Positions 51,052-61,650 of a DNA stretch of 64,000 bases are shown here, piece after piece. Under the pieces are notes generated by a model, which did not search any database, was not told where the DNA came from, and saw only the letters and a list, made by a program, of their open reading frames with translations. Source of the DNA: Patescibacteria group bacterium (GTDB lineage Bacteria; Patescibacteriota; Minisyncoccia; Ryanbacterales; GWA2-47-10b). The stretch covers positions 26,145 through 90,144 of the forward strand of contig JBBTQY010000001.1 in assembly GCA_038065475.1 (NCBI GenBank), in the 5' to 3' direction. Within the stretch, counting starts at the first letter, position 1; each line of letters opens with the position of its first letter. The translations under genes and the position numbers were made by a program.

Positions 51052-53055
51052 TTAAAATTCTTTATCCATCGCGGGTTTGTCGGCGGTCTTGCCGTAACCG
51101 CACTGTGGGCCCGGGTCAGGTACGCGTGTACCGTCGGTAGCGGTTACCACGCCTTGGGCCGCATGCCAGTGATCAGCCCCACACCCAACCTCACTTTCAA
51201 TAATCAACTGGTCAACAGGCAAATATTTGCCATTGTATTCGATAACTTTTATTTTCTTTTTCTCTGTAGCGCCAGTTGCGCCACCTCCGGTAGTGCCTGC
51301 TGCTGGCGGATCAATATCGCGTATGGGCTGACCGGGATCAGTCATGGGAGGCGGAGGAGTTTTCGCATCAATCGGACACTGAAGTTCGCCGGGCTTACCA
51401 TCAGCACCGTTGGGCTTGCCAAGACCTCCTTTGCCTCCACCACCCGGGCCGCAACCATCGCCGCCATTGCCACCAACGCCACCAGTCTCATCTTGCACAA
51501 TACCGTCAGCGCCATCACCTGTCGTTCCTTTTCCGGCCTTTCCAATCTTTGTAATTGCATTACCTCCGTTGCCACCTTTGCCGCCGGTCGGTTTCAAGGG
51601 GCAGTTGCCTCCAACGCCGCCATCAGCGCCGTGTGCATTGGCATCGCCGCCATCACCACCAACCGCCTCGCCTGTAGCCCCCGTAAGTTTTAATGACGCA
51701 TCGCCACCTTTGCCACCAGTTGCATTAGCACTGCCACCCTTGCCGCCAGCACACTTGCATCCTGTGCCATTGCCACCCCTACCGGGTTTTGCGAACGCGG
51801 GGCCACCCTCGCCGCCCTCTACTTTATCAACCGTCACACTGCCAATACCTTCAACGGCACCAAGGGCCGCGAGTTCTTTTTTGTTTTTGCCGCCATCACC
51901 ACCTGTTGCAATCGCATCCCCACCCTTGGTACCTGGACAAGCATCGATACCTGGCTTGCCGATTGCAGTGGCTGACCCACCCTGGCCACCCATACCTGGT
52001 ACCACATGAAAATTATTGATAACAATTTTTCCAAGAGCTGTCATTTTGAAGTTGCCAGCAGCACCTCCCACTCCACCGGTCGCATGAGCAGAATCACAGT
52101 CAGCCGTGGTCTCTGCGTCACCTCCTTTGCCGCCATCACCGAGCTCCAGTCTAAAGTTATCAATAGTAATATTTGCGGCATTCACGCGCATACGAAACGC
52201 ATCCTCACCCTTGCCGCCACGCGCGTTGCATGACTTACCAATATCATCATCACCATCGCGCCCATCGGGACCCACAAGATGAAAATCTTTTATCTCAATA
52301 TTACCCTTGTCTCCAAAATCAAAATTGAGAAGGATCTTTTTAACATCTTTTGGTGGTACCGGCACCGCAACGCCAGAAGGAGCTGTGCCTCCGTTGCCGA
52401 TCGTCCACCTGCCGCTCAATATTACTTGTGGCAAAAGATTGCCATCTTTGTCGCGCGCGTCTTGCGCATGAGCCTCACGTATTAAAGAAAACTCTGGGAT
52501 TGATACGGGTTGCCCATTGAGACTTATTTTCTGTATAGCACCTTCGGTAAATGGACCAATGCGCGTCCCCGCGCCACTATTGGTACCCGCTTCCAAAAAC
52601 AATGCGTCGATCTCGCCTTGAGTTTCTTTCGCGAGCGCCGCACTTTGTACAATCTGGACAGAACCATTTGAAGAAACTTCGGCGTCTTTGCTAAATGTTA
52701 TAGGGCCCGCAACCGCCAACACAATACCGACGCCGTCGGTACTGCCATCAGGACGTATACATTCAATGCGACGATTTACTTGGAGCGCGCCTGAAACCTC
52801 TATCGACGCGGAACCACCATCACACGCAAGCACTCCGTCAATCGTAAGGTCACCATCAACGGCAAGTGATGCATTGTTTTGCAAAACCATCTTGTGGTCA
52901 GATGCGATCGCCTGGCTACCGGCGAGCTTTGTGTCATTTGATATAGTATCGACAATGAACTGCTCTTCGGGCGTATCAGTATTACTGCCCAAATACCAAG
53001 ATCCGCCAATTACCAAAAAAAGTACAACGAGAACAACGAGGATTTTATTAGTCAT
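51052..53055 (-). CDS. Surface glycine-rich (GGxGG repeat) protein with spaced cysteines
   Basis: N-terminal TM helix, beta-rich domain, long GGxGGxA/G tract, Pro linker, C-terminal Cys/His domain. Confidence 0.85.
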   Translation of the reverse strand: MTNKILVVLVVLFLVIGGSWYLGSNTDTPEEQFIVDTISNDTKLAGSQAIASDHKMVLQNNASLAVDGDLTIDGVLACDGGSASIEVSGALQVNRRIECIRPDGSTDGVGIVLAVAGPITFSKDAEVSSNGSVQIVQSAALAKETQGEIDALFLEAGTNSGAGTRIGPFTEGAIQKISLNGQPVSIPEFSLIREAHAQDARDKDGNLLPQVILSGRWTIGNGGTAPSGVAVPVPPKDVKKILLNFDFGDKGNIEIKDFHLVGPDGRDGDDDIGKSCNARGGKGEDAFRMRVNAANITIDNFRLELGDGGKGGDAETTADCDSAHATGGVGGAAGNFKMTALGKIVINNFHVVPGMGGQGGSATAIGKPGIDACPGTKGGDAIATGGDGGKNKKELAALGAVEGIGSVTVDKVEGGEGGPAFAKPGRGGNGTGCKCAGGKGGSANATGGKGGDASLKLTGATGEAVGGDGGDANAHGADGGVGGNCPLKPTGGKGGNGGNAITKIGKAGKGTTGDGADGIVQDETGGVGGNGGDGCGPGGGGKGGLGKPNGADGKPGELQCPIDAKTPPPPMTDPGQPIRDIDPPAAGTTGGGATGATEKKKIKVIEYNGKYLPVDQLIIESEVGCGADHWHAAQGVVTATDGTRVPDPGPQCGYGKTADKPAMDKEF

Positions 53056-53147
53056 AGCAAATTAAGAAAACCAGTAAATGATTATCTTCAGCCTAGCAAA
53101 AAATACACCCGCGCGTCCAAGCGTTAAAAAGAAAAACTATTTTCTGA

Positions 53148-54365
53148 CTACTCTGTCAAGAATGCACGCGCCACTTTATAAATCACACCTGCATGATCGT
53201 CGGAAATATACATTGTGCCGCCTGGCTGAATGAGAATACCTACAGGTCTGCCGAGCGCGCCATCGGGCGTGAGCCAGCCAGAGATAAAATCTTCGATGCC
53301 TTCAAAGTTGCCCTGCGCATCAAGCTTTACGCGTACTACTTTGTAACCGGTAGGGGTCGTACGATTCCACGATCCGTGATAAGCGACCAACAAATCGTAC
53401 CAATACTCTTCGGGCCAACCCTCTTCAGGGATAAAGCCAAGCCCCAGCGGCGCCGAGTGTGCGGGTAAATCAACGCGCGAAGGAATTTCAAACGGCTCCA
53501 TACAAGGGTTGCGAATATACGTATTTTTATCAAAATCGGTATCGTGAATATTTTTGCCGTAACAAATAGGCCACCCATAGTTTTTATCTTCTTCAATAAT
53601 ATTTATCTCATCGGGCGGCAAGTCATCGCCCAGCAAGTCTCTACCCATCTCGGTCGCCCACATGCGACCATCAACATAACTCCAAGTAAAAAATGGCGCG
53701 TTGCGAAGCCCTCGCGCAAATTCTTTAAAATCTGATCCATCAGGGTTGAGTGAATAAATAGCTGCGCGACGTTGATCCTGTTCGAGACATACATTGCAGG
53801 TAGAACCCATTGAGACATAGAGGCGCCCATCAGGACCAAAGCGCAGCGAATAGTAGTTGTGATTGCCGCCTGAGGGCAATTCGATGACACGTGTGGGCGC
53901 CTGCGCCTTGGCAGTATCAACGCGAAGCAACTCTCCTGCGCTCGCGATGTAAAGCACCTGCGGCTCACGATAATCAAATGCGATGCCGTGCGGGCGGCGC
54001 AACCCAGAGTAAACAACCTTTTGCTCGCCCGCCCTACCATCTTGCATGGCAATACGTATGATCTTGCCTTCACTCGTTTGCGAGAACCAGAGAGCGCCAT
54101 CGGGACCGAACGCCATGTCACGTGCGCCCGGAATATTTTTTGCAAAAATAGATATATCAAAACCCGGCGGTAACTTGAGCGGCATGTCAGTACTATTGGT
54201 ACCTGGTAACAACTCTTTGCCCGTCTCGGGAATTTTTTCTGTAATATCTGCGGGTGGTGGTTTGAGTGCAAAAAATGCACCACGAATATTGGGCCAGAAG
54301 TAAATAGAAGGCAGTACCACTATAAAGGAAAAGACAATAACAAATACTTTTCTCATTGCCTTCAT
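53148..54365 (-). CDS. PQQ-dependent sugar (glucose/sorbosone) dehydrogenase-family protein
   Basis: RPHGIAF, GSTCNVC, GLRN, PPDEIN, YGWP, AHSAPLG, HGSWNR, GRPV, ISDD. Confidence 0.92.
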   Translation of the reverse strand: MKAMRKVFVIVFSFIVVLPSIYFWPNIRGAFFALKPPPADITEKIPETGKELLPGTNSTDMPLKLPPGFDISIFAKNIPGARDMAFGPDGALWFSQTSEGKIIRIAMQDGRAGEQKVVYSGLRRPHGIAFDYREPQVLYIASAGELLRVDTAKAQAPTRVIELPSGGNHNYYSLRFGPDGRLYVSMGSTCNVCLEQDQRRAAIYSLNPDGSDFKEFARGLRNAPFFTWSYVDGRMWATEMGRDLLGDDLPPDEINIIEEDKNYGWPICYGKNIHDTDFDKNTYIRNPCMEPFEIPSRVDLPAHSAPLGLGFIPEEGWPEEYWYDLLVAYHGSWNRTTPTGYKVVRVKLDAQGNFEGIEDFISGWLTPDGALGRPVGILIQPGGTMYISDDHAGVIYKVARAFLTE

Positions 54366-54410
54366 TGTAGTACGGCCTTTCGCACTTGTATAATAAAGAT
54401 GTGTAGCTAT

Positions 54411-54437
54411 AAAAAAGCGCCCTAGTGGCGCTTTTTT
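54411..54437. terminator. Intrinsic terminator
   Basis: aaaaaagcgcc-ctagt-ggcgctttttt. Confidence 0.8.
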
Positions 54438-54449
54438 GTTTCATTCGTC

Positions 54450-55376
54450 CTACTCTTTCTTAAAAAACTGAAAACTCTTTATGAGATCCTCCATCTCTGT
54501 AATCGCTTGGTCAACGCCCTCTGATACGCTGGATGGCAAATTATTGGAATCTTTGCGCACCTCTTCTAACTGACTTTCGGTTACTTTGGCTGAATAACAT
54601 GCACTGGAATCCCCCGTTCGATAGGTTGTTTTATCGCTATTTTCAAAAAATATACCGACATTATCGTAGACACAAAACACCTGACAATCTTTCGCGCCAA
54701 GCTTTGATTGGGGTCTCAATTCTATTTGTTTTTCTCTTTGGTAGGCTGCTTCGCCTGCAACCGTTTTTAATTTTTTAAAAATATGAGCATCTCTATAAAG
54801 CGCATTATCAGACCATTCCCTCATCTCACTATCGAGGGTACTGTGCGGCGGCTCTCCGGGCGGAGTTTCCGTGGTAGATAGAGAAGCACGCGAGTTAAAA
54901 CCTAAAATTAACAGAGACCGATCACACATACCCCCATTATCTAAATAAGCACCGAGCCTCTCTCGAAACGCCTTCTCAACCTCAGGTTCCCTGATATTAG
55001 CAAACCTTGGTAATAAATTGGGAGCATTTACGAACGTCCACTCACCATTTCTTTTCATATCGACAAACGAGTATGCTCTCGGTGATGTAAAAGTAAAAAA
55101 AGCACCTGGATGATGCGGCAAAAATCCATCAGGGCTTTTAACGAGGTGAGGCCCTTCTGAAGAATTTTTATTCCCCTCATCCAATGACTCCATGACAGTC
55201 AACAAACCAAACTGCCATGCAAGCAGACCCATCGCTACCAATACCACTATCATGATAATGATAATCACCCATGCATACGATTTCGGCCGACCGCCTTGTG
55301 GTGTCATGGAAGGTACTTGCCCAAAGGGTGGTTGGGATACCGGCTGATTTTGCTGAAATGAGTCTTGCTCGTTCAC
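54450..55376 (-). CDS. Hypothetical single-pass surface protein
   Basis: Q/P-rich N-terminus, TM helix, 4 Cys, C-terminal IKSFQF. Confidence 0.75.
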   Translation of the reverse strand: MNEQDSFQQNQPVSQPPFGQVPSMTPQGGRPKSYAWVIIIIMIVVLVAMGLLAWQFGLLTVMESLDEGNKNSSEGPHLVKSPDGFLPHHPGAFFTFTSPRAYSFVDMKRNGEWTFVNAPNLLPRFANIREPEVEKAFRERLGAYLDNGGMCDRSLLILGFNSRASLSTTETPPGEPPHSTLDSEMREWSDNALYRDAHIFKKLKTVAGEAAYQREKQIELRPQSKLGAKDCQVFCVYDNVGIFFENSDKTTYRTGDSSACYSAKVTESQLEEVRKDSNNLPSSVSEGVDQAITEMEDLIKSFQFFKKE

Positions 55377-56146
55377 TCCCTTATTTTATATCCGATCTTG
55401 AATAGATACCAGACCCAATAACCGAGGCCGAGGATAAGACCTATGGTAAGTGCCATGCCAGCAATCATATTGGACTCAGAAATACCGAGCATCGTGTAGC
55501 GAAGACCATCGACAAAATAGAAAAACGGATTGAGCCGCACCACCCACTGCAAGAGCGGCGGCATCATGTAGATCGAGTTAAACACGCCGCCCAAAAAAGT
55601 TAATGGCGTGATAATAAAAATACTCGGGAGCGAAAGCTGTTCGAAATTTTTTGCCCAGAGCGCGACGAGCATACCCGCGAGTGAGAAGATGGTCGAGATA
55701 GCAGCCGCGTAAAGAATCATCAAGAAAAAATGTGCAACGGTAGCCTGAGTAAAGAAAACCCCTAGAGCATACACACCTGCGCCCACAATGACGCCTCTGA
55801 CCACGCCGCCTGCCAAAAATCCAATAATCATCTCAAAATATGAGAGCGGCGCTACAAGCAACTCATCGATCGCGCGGAACCACTTCATGACGTAAAGTGA
55901 GGTCGAGGTATGCGAAAATGCCGAGTTCATAATATTCATCATCACGATACCGGGAAGCACGAAATCAATATAAGATACGCCAGCAATCGTATCGATGCGC
56001 TGACCTACAACGTGACCAAAGATCAAAATATAGAGAAGCGAGGAGATCCACGGTGCGCCCAACGTCTGGATCCACACGCGAAACATGCGCCCCGTCTCGC
56101 GAGCAACAAACGTATAAAGACCTACCCAGTTTATTTTATGCATCAT
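55373..56146 (-). CDS. ABC-2 type permease (YadH-like)
   Basis: YIDFVLPG, PLTFLGGVF, NPFFYFVDGLRY. Confidence 0.92.
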   Translation of the reverse strand: MMHKINWVGLYTFVARETGRMFRVWIQTLGAPWISSLLYILIFGHVVGQRIDTIAGVSYIDFVLPGIVMMNIMNSAFSHTSTSLYVMKWFRAIDELLVAPLSYFEMIIGFLAGGVVRGVIVGAGVYALGVFFTQATVAHFFLMILYAAAISTIFSLAGMLVALWAKNFEQLSLPSIFIITPLTFLGGVFNSIYMMPPLLQWVVRLNPFFYFVDGLRYTMLGISESNMIAGMALTIGLILGLGYWVWYLFKIGYKIRE

Positions 56147-56871
56147 AATGATTTGCCATCCTTGGTAATTTCCAAATATGTCTGCTCGAGTTTTTTACCA
56201 CCTGTCGTAAACTCGCTCTTGTCTCCTATTGCTGCGATCTTGCCACCACTAATAATCGCGATGCGATTACATAAAAACTCTACTTCTTCTAAATAATGAG
56301 ATGTGAGCAAAATAGTCTTACCGGCTTTATTTAAGTCCTGTAAATATCGCCATAGGTCGTGACGCATCTCTACATCAACGCCTGCGGTCGGCTCGTCGAG
56401 AATCAGCAGATCGGGATCATGCACCATGGCACGCGCAAGCATCACGCGACGCTTGAGCCCACCTGACAAGGCCATAAAGCTTTTTTTGCTGTGCGCGCCG
56501 AGCTCAAAGCGTTCAAGTACATCATCGACTCTCTTTTTGCGCGAAGCACCCGGGATGCCATAATAACCACCCACGTACCATAAAATATCATACGCGGTCG
56601 CAAAAATGTCGACATTAAAATCTTGCGGGGCTAATCCAATCTTTTTGCGTGCTTCACGATAATCAGCAACCACGTCGATACCAAATACTTTGATCGTACC
56701 GCCCTGAAACGATGCAATGCCCGTCGTACATTTGATAGTCGACGTCTTGCCGGCACCATTAGGTCCTAAAAAACCGAAAAACTCACCCGGCTCGATAGAA
56801 AACGAGATTTCTTTGACGGCGTCCGTAGCACCGTATGATTTGCGCAGATTTTTTATTTCAAGAGCTTTCAT
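56143..56871 (-). CDS. ABC transporter ATP-binding protein (YadG-like)
   Basis: GPNGAGKT, LSGG, ILDEPTAGVD, SHYLEE. Confidence 0.95.
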   Translation of the reverse strand: MKALEIKNLRKSYGATDAVKEISFSIEPGEFFGFLGPNGAGKTSTIKCTTGIASFQGGTIKVFGIDVVADYREARKKIGLAPQDFNVDIFATAYDILWYVGGYYGIPGASRKKRVDDVLERFELGAHSKKSFMALSGGLKRRVMLARAMVHDPDLLILDEPTAGVDVEMRHDLWRYLQDLNKAGKTILLTSHYLEEVEFLCNRIAIISGGKIAAIGDKSEFTTGGKKLEQTYLEITKDGKSL

Positions 56872-56875
56872 AATA

Positions 56876-57217
56876 TCATTTTACCGTAGCGCCAGGTGGC
56901 ACCTCTCTGTCGGGTGTTAAGAGTACCGGCACATCGGCACCAGCCGCAAGTAGCATCCCCTGACTTTCCAAACCCATGAGTTTACGCGGCTCGAGATTGA
57001 TAACCACCACAATCTGACGACTTATCAAATCTTCAGGCGCATATCCTTTACCGATACCAGCAATAATCTGACGCGGCCGCTCGGTACTTGCCTCATCGAC
57101 TTCTCCGGTATCAACCGAAAGACGAATCAATTTATCAGAACCCTCGACGCGCTCGGCGGCACGTATCGTGCCTACACGCAGTTCAGTTTTTGCAAAATCG
57201 TCATAAGAAATCGTCAT
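56876..57217 (-). CDS. tRNA-binding OB-fold protein (MetG C-terminal/Trbp111/CsaA-like)
   Basis: ISYDDFAKTELRVG, RQIIAGI, NLEPRKLMGLESQGMLLA. Confidence 0.9.
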   Translation of the reverse strand: MTISYDDFAKTELRVGTIRAAERVEGSDKLIRLSVDTGEVDEASTERPRQIIAGIGKGYAPEDLISRQIVVVINLEPRKLMGLESQGMLLAAGADVPVLLTPDREVPPGATVK

Positions 57218-57256
57218 GTCTTCTATCATGCTATGCCTGAGGTCAATTGGCAACTT

Positions 57257-58396
57257 TTAGATGCGTCCCGCGCGAATATCATCACGCACGCGAGCAACCA
57301 ATGCATTAAAATAAAAAAGATTGTGTTTTGAAAGAAGTGACATCGCCGTCATCTCACCTGCGCGCCACAGATGTGTGATGTATGCGCGCGAATAAGTTTT
57401 ACATACTTCGCACGCACATTTCTTATCAAGCGGTTTTTGATCTTTGAGATAGGCGATTTTTTTTATATCAAGCTTGCCGGTACTCGTATAGGCAAACCCG
57501 CGACGAGCATAGTGAGTAGGTACAATACAATCAAATGTATCGGCACCCGCCCTAACGATTGGTACAATATCTTCCGGATATCCAATACCGAGCAAATGCC
57601 GAGGTTTTTCTTCTGGTAGTTCGTCTACTACCCAACCTACCATCCGTGTCATAGCACTCTTGTCATCACCAAACTCGCCACCAATACCAATACCATCAAA
57701 CGGCAATGCCCCCGTAAAACGCGCCGATGCTCTGCGCAAATCTTCAAACTTGCCGCCCTGCACAATACCATAGAGCGCCTGTTTGTTTTTCTTTTTATAT
57801 TTAAGACAAAGCTTGGCCCACAGGTGACTCCGCTCAAGTGAACGCTCAGTATAGGCGCGATCGGCTATCGGCGAGGTGCACTCGTCAAACGCAAAAATAA
57901 TATCAGCACCTAGTTGCTCCTGAATACGCATTGATTCACGCGGGCCGATAAAGATTTTGGCGCCATCGATTGGCGAGCGAAACTCGACGCCTTTGTCAGT
58001 AATGCGCAGTTTCTGCGGTTGTGCACCTTTTTTTATTTCCTTATCACTCTTTTCTTTGAGCATTTTACCCGTACCAAAATCATGCCCAAAGCCAAGACTA
58101 AATACTTGAAATCCACCCGAATCAGTCATCAGCGGCCGCGGCCACTGCATAAACTTATGAAGCCCGCCTGCGCGCGCGACAACCTTCTCACCAGGGCGCA
58201 GGTGGAGGTGAAACGTATTGGCAATCAAAAGTTGCGCTTTTGCGTCAAGTGCATCTTGTGAGGTCAGCGTTTTAACCACTGCTCGCGTCGCTACCGGCAC
58301 AAACGCAGGAGTTTCTATCTCACCGTGCGCGGTACGCAAAACCCCGAGACGCGCTCGGGATTTTTTGGATTTTTTTGTTATGCGAAACGAGAACAT
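57257..58396 (-). CDS. tgt: tRNA-guanine transglycosylase
   Basis: TPAFVPV, TDSGGFQVFS, FDEC, GIVQGG, DCIVPT, CACEVC zinc site. Confidence 0.97.
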   Translation of the reverse strand: MFSFRITKKSKKSRARLGVLRTAHGEIETPAFVPVATRAVVKTLTSQDALDAKAQLLIANTFHLHLRPGEKVVARAGGLHKFMQWPRPLMTDSGGFQVFSLGFGHDFGTGKMLKEKSDKEIKKGAQPQKLRITDKGVEFRSPIDGAKIFIGPRESMRIQEQLGADIIFAFDECTSPIADRAYTERSLERSHLWAKLCLKYKKKNKQALYGIVQGGKFEDLRRASARFTGALPFDGIGIGGEFGDDKSAMTRMVGWVVDELPEEKPRHLLGIGYPEDIVPIVRAGADTFDCIVPTHYARRGFAYTSTGKLDIKKIAYLKDQKPLDKKCACEVCKTYSRAYITHLWRAGEMTAMSLLSKHNLFYFNALVARVRDDIRAGRI

Positions 58397-58426
58397 AATC
58401 GGCCAATCATACGGCAAATCAAGTAC

Positions 58427-60337
58427 TTACTCAAGCCTTCCCCCCTTCCAAACTAAAATCGAAAGTTTATCTGCTGGGATGCTGATCGGACGATTCTTGA
58501 ATGTAAACGAAAGACCTTCTTGCTGCTGCCAATTATCAATCACAAACAATTCCTCGCGCGAGCTTCCACGAAAGCGTCTGACATCAATGCCCGCAGGAAT
58601 ATTAGAAAGGCTAATACGGTCCATGTAGACAGGCTTGCGCGCCCACCAGTTTTTTTCATTACGCTCCTCAACGATCATTTTGACTGCTGTGTTGAGTACG
58701 CCAGCTGCTTCCTGCCCAGTCTCAAATGGCCGCATGATATCAAGCTTTGCGCCGAGCAAAAATGCCTCCCGCTCCGTAATGTAGTTGTTGGCAACACCCC
58801 AGTACGCATGACCACCGTTTGATTCTCCCAAAAACATTGCTTGTCCATTGAGAAAATATCTTCCGAACCGAGGAAAACGTGTACGCGCCCCGCCCGGATC
58901 AACCACGTCATTGTTGTTATCAAGAAATCCGCTGATCAAAAACGCGGCAGGATAAATATCATGCACTCCTTCAATGACCGCATCTTTGGGCAATCGATCA
59001 CGCAAGAAACGCGCGACCGTCAAAATATCGCCAAAATCTTGCCGCGCAAAGATATCGATATAGTGTGCATTTGCCTTGTACTCATCGCGATTGCGCGCGA
59101 CCCAGTCAAGGAGGTACGCGGTGTTTGTAGTATTTTCAACGCCGTCTACACCAAAGAGTGGACCGCCCTCGGTGATCAAATGCGGGCGAGAATAATAACC
59201 TACGCGACCTCCGCTCACCGCAACGGACTCTGCAAACTGCGGTAATGACGACACGTAGCGCGGATGCATTTCTGTTTTATCAACACAGCATCCTACCAGT
59301 TCACCTGGGAGCGGCGACGGCACCGCAAGATTGGGCGGTCCTGCATACGTACTCATTTGCCCCCACAGCTGCATCCAAGGAAAATGGGTCTTTGTCTTAT
59401 CATAAAGTGCTTGAATGCTTGCAATATCAAATGACGCGCGATTCTGAAGCTGCACGTTGATCCAGCCGTGAGATGTATTGAGCCAATCGGGGTAAGTTGG
59501 CTTTTCGATTTTTGCGACGCGCAACTGCCGATCAAGCCACGAGCGATATTTATCGACTGCCGTTTGCCATGCTTCTGCTGCACCCACCGTTTTTTTCTTT
59601 TTTACTTTTGCAATGAGTGTTCGGTAGGTTACAGACGTATTGAGAGGCACATCTTGCTCATAACGCAACACCATACGATTGAGTGAATAGAGCGGGGTAA
59701 CTGTGCGTGGGGGCCAGTTTGTCGCAGCGACAATCTTTGCCTCCATATCATTTGCAGAGACTACTAGCGGCGCATAAATGGCCCCCGGGTATTCCAAGCC
59801 CTGCCAACCCCATTCGACAAGCGTGGAATCTTTTTGCGCAGCGCCAAGAAACACCGTACTGTAAATAACCGCATCATCACGCAGAGGATTGAGGGGGTTA
59901 CGCTGAGCTTCCCACGGAAAATAGACTTGGGTAATCGTGCGTACTTTTGTAGTCAGTGTTAACTGCCACTGATCGCGCCCGGCGCGGATAACCATGGCAC
60001 CTACATCAACATCACTTACCACCCCGCTATCGGGAACCGCATACTGTTTGAGTGTGCCATCAGAAAATTTCACCGCAAAACCCGGATACACACTGCCGGC
60101 GACCGATGCACTTTGAGCAAACGTAAGTGGAACATCTTCTGCAGCAAGGGCTTCGGCATCATCCGTGCTGGCGGTAACAATGCTTAATAGCTCTGCGAGG
60201 CCGTGATCAATCGCCTCAACATAAACACTGTAACGCCACCCGACAAACGAAAGAAAGAAAAAAACAGAAGCAGCAAGTATAACGACAACAAAACTTTTAT
60301 CGAGAATTTTAAACATCATGCGCTCCATCATCCCCAC
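58427..60337 (-). CDS. Membrane-anchored hypothetical protein, possibly a TIM-barrel glycoside hydrolase
   Basis: N-terminal TM helix, aromatic-rich, YPDWL, HYIDIF, VIEG; family not recognised. Confidence 0.6.
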   Translation of the reverse strand: MGMMERMMFKILDKSFVVVILAASVFFFLSFVGWRYSVYVEAIDHGLAELLSIVTASTDDAEALAAEDVPLTFAQSASVAGSVYPGFAVKFSDGTLKQYAVPDSGVVSDVDVGAMVIRAGRDQWQLTLTTKVRTITQVYFPWEAQRNPLNPLRDDAVIYSTVFLGAAQKDSTLVEWGWQGLEYPGAIYAPLVVSANDMEAKIVAATNWPPRTVTPLYSLNRMVLRYEQDVPLNTSVTYRTLIAKVKKKKTVGAAEAWQTAVDKYRSWLDRQLRVAKIEKPTYPDWLNTSHGWINVQLQNRASFDIASIQALYDKTKTHFPWMQLWGQMSTYAGPPNLAVPSPLPGELVGCCVDKTEMHPRYVSSLPQFAESVAVSGGRVGYYSRPHLITEGGPLFGVDGVENTTNTAYLLDWVARNRDEYKANAHYIDIFARQDFGDILTVARFLRDRLPKDAVIEGVHDIYPAAFLISGFLDNNNDVVDPGGARTRFPRFGRYFLNGQAMFLGESNGGHAYWGVANNYITEREAFLLGAKLDIMRPFETGQEAAGVLNTAVKMIVEERNEKNWWARKPVYMDRISLSNIPAGIDVRRFRGSSREELFVIDNWQQQEGLSFTFKNRPISIPADKLSILVWKGGRLE

Positions 60338-60735
60338 AATGCCAATATGCTCGCCATCACCAAAAATGCAACGAGCTGATACGACACATAGATGAGGAAA
60401 CTCGTCTTGCTCTGACTTTCAAAAGCAACGTCGGCAAGTTTGGTTGTCACAATATATCCAAGCCACGTCCAAAACGCGAGCGGCAATGCGCCACCTACCG
60501 TTGTAATGTCGAGCATTTTAATAAAGTGCGCGAGCACAAACGCCGTGAGCATCGCGCCTACAAACCCCCACGCCATTGCCTGCACCTGTCCACCTTTTTT
60601 TAAATCTTCTTCGGTCTTACCTGATGCTGCCATCCACGCCTTGGCAAAGAGCAACGGTGAATACCAAAGCCCACCGATAATAAAATTGGCGATACCTGCC
60701 GCCAACACTGCCCAGTAATTTACAATGATATCCAT
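60328..60735 (-). CDS. DUF1761 membrane protein
   Basis: NYWAVL, IGGLWYSPLLFAKAWM. Confidence 0.88.
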   Translation of the reverse strand: MDIIVNYWAVLAAGIANFIIGGLWYSPLLFAKAWMAASGKTEEDLKKGGQVQAMAWGFVGAMLTAFVLAHFIKMLDITTVGGALPLAFWTWLGYIVTTKLADVAFESQSKTSFLIYVSYQLVAFLVMASILALWG

Positions 60736-60764
60736 AAAAAATATATTTTTTATAAAGTGACCGT

Positions 60765-61106
60765 TTATGAACCTAAAATATGCTCAATTTTTGCCGCTAG
60801 AATAAAATCGTTTTCTGAAAGCCCCTTGATCGCATGCGTCCAAAGCTCGATCGTCACGATGCTATATGAAATGTGAATATCGGGATGATGACCTTCACGC
60901 TCTGCGATATCTGCCACTTTATTTACAAAACCAATGGCATCGCGAAACGTACCGAACTCAAACTCGCATAATATTTTCCCCGCATCGGGTGCAAGTTCCC
61001 ATGTTGCACGCAAGTCAGATATCTGACGAATTGCCTGCTGGCGCGTGAGTGGCTGAGCACTTCCTTCGCACGGTACACATTTTTTATCGAGCAATGAACT
61101 TACCAT
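60765..61106 (-). CDS. phhB: Pterin-4-alpha-carbinolamine dehydratase
   Basis: CVPC, AEREGHHPD, WTHAIKGLSENDFILAAKI. Confidence 0.93.
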   Translation of the reverse strand: MVSSLLDKKCVPCEGSAQPLTRQQAIRQISDLRATWELAPDAGKILCEFEFGTFRDAIGFVNKVADIAEREGHHPDIHISYSIVTIELWTHAIKGLSENDFILAAKIEHILGS

Positions 61107-61164
61107 ACACACAGTATCTCACGGTAAGAAAAAACGGGCAAAGAAAAAAGCCGCGCCCGATTGG

Positions 61165-61644
61165 CTACGGCTTTGCCTGACGAGATTTGCGACGAGCCTC
61201 TCTAATGCTGTGCTTTGAGGTGCCCGCGATCCTGCGAACAGAGAGGTACTTTGGCAATTCCTTACCCTGAAGCTTTTGCTTGCGCCATTCCTGGAGACCG
61301 GACCGCAAGTTGTCAGCGTCAAGATCGCAGGCCGAACAGATATTCGCGAACGAATACGGCCAGGTGATGTTCTGAGATTCGATCCAAGCCTGAGCCTCAC
61401 GAAAAAGTCTTTGTCCACGGCGGTTGGAAGGAGCGGCAGACGCATATCTCTGGTAGGTAGCGATGGCATCAGTGAGCACGGCGAGCATAAGCCGCATCTC
61501 CGCCCTGTCTCGAATTGCAGAACTACCACTCTGCGAAACCCCACCAAAGAACTGGCCGGGAAGAATTGCATTGCCGCCGAAAATCGTCACCGCTGAACTA
61601 CTCGCAAGAATGCCGGCCACTCGCGCATGAGCAGACATCATCAC
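61165..61644 (-). CDS. Conserved hypothetical protein, paralog 1
   Basis: AGGAGGTG SD; RLMLAVLTDAI...FREAQAW...WPYSFANIC. Confidence 0.8.
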   Translation of the reverse strand: MMMSAHARVAGILASSSAVTIFGGNAILPGQFFGGVSQSGSSAIRDRAEMRLMLAVLTDAIATYQRYASAAPSNRRGQRLFREAQAWIESQNITWPYSFANICSACDLDADNLRSGLQEWRKQKLQGKELPKYLSVRRIAGTSKHSIREARRKSRQAKP

Positions 61645-61650
61645 CTCCTC

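Noticed and set aside
51043-52009. Pro-rich and other plus-strand ORFs
   Set aside because: Antisense readout of the Gly codons of the 51052-53055 gene
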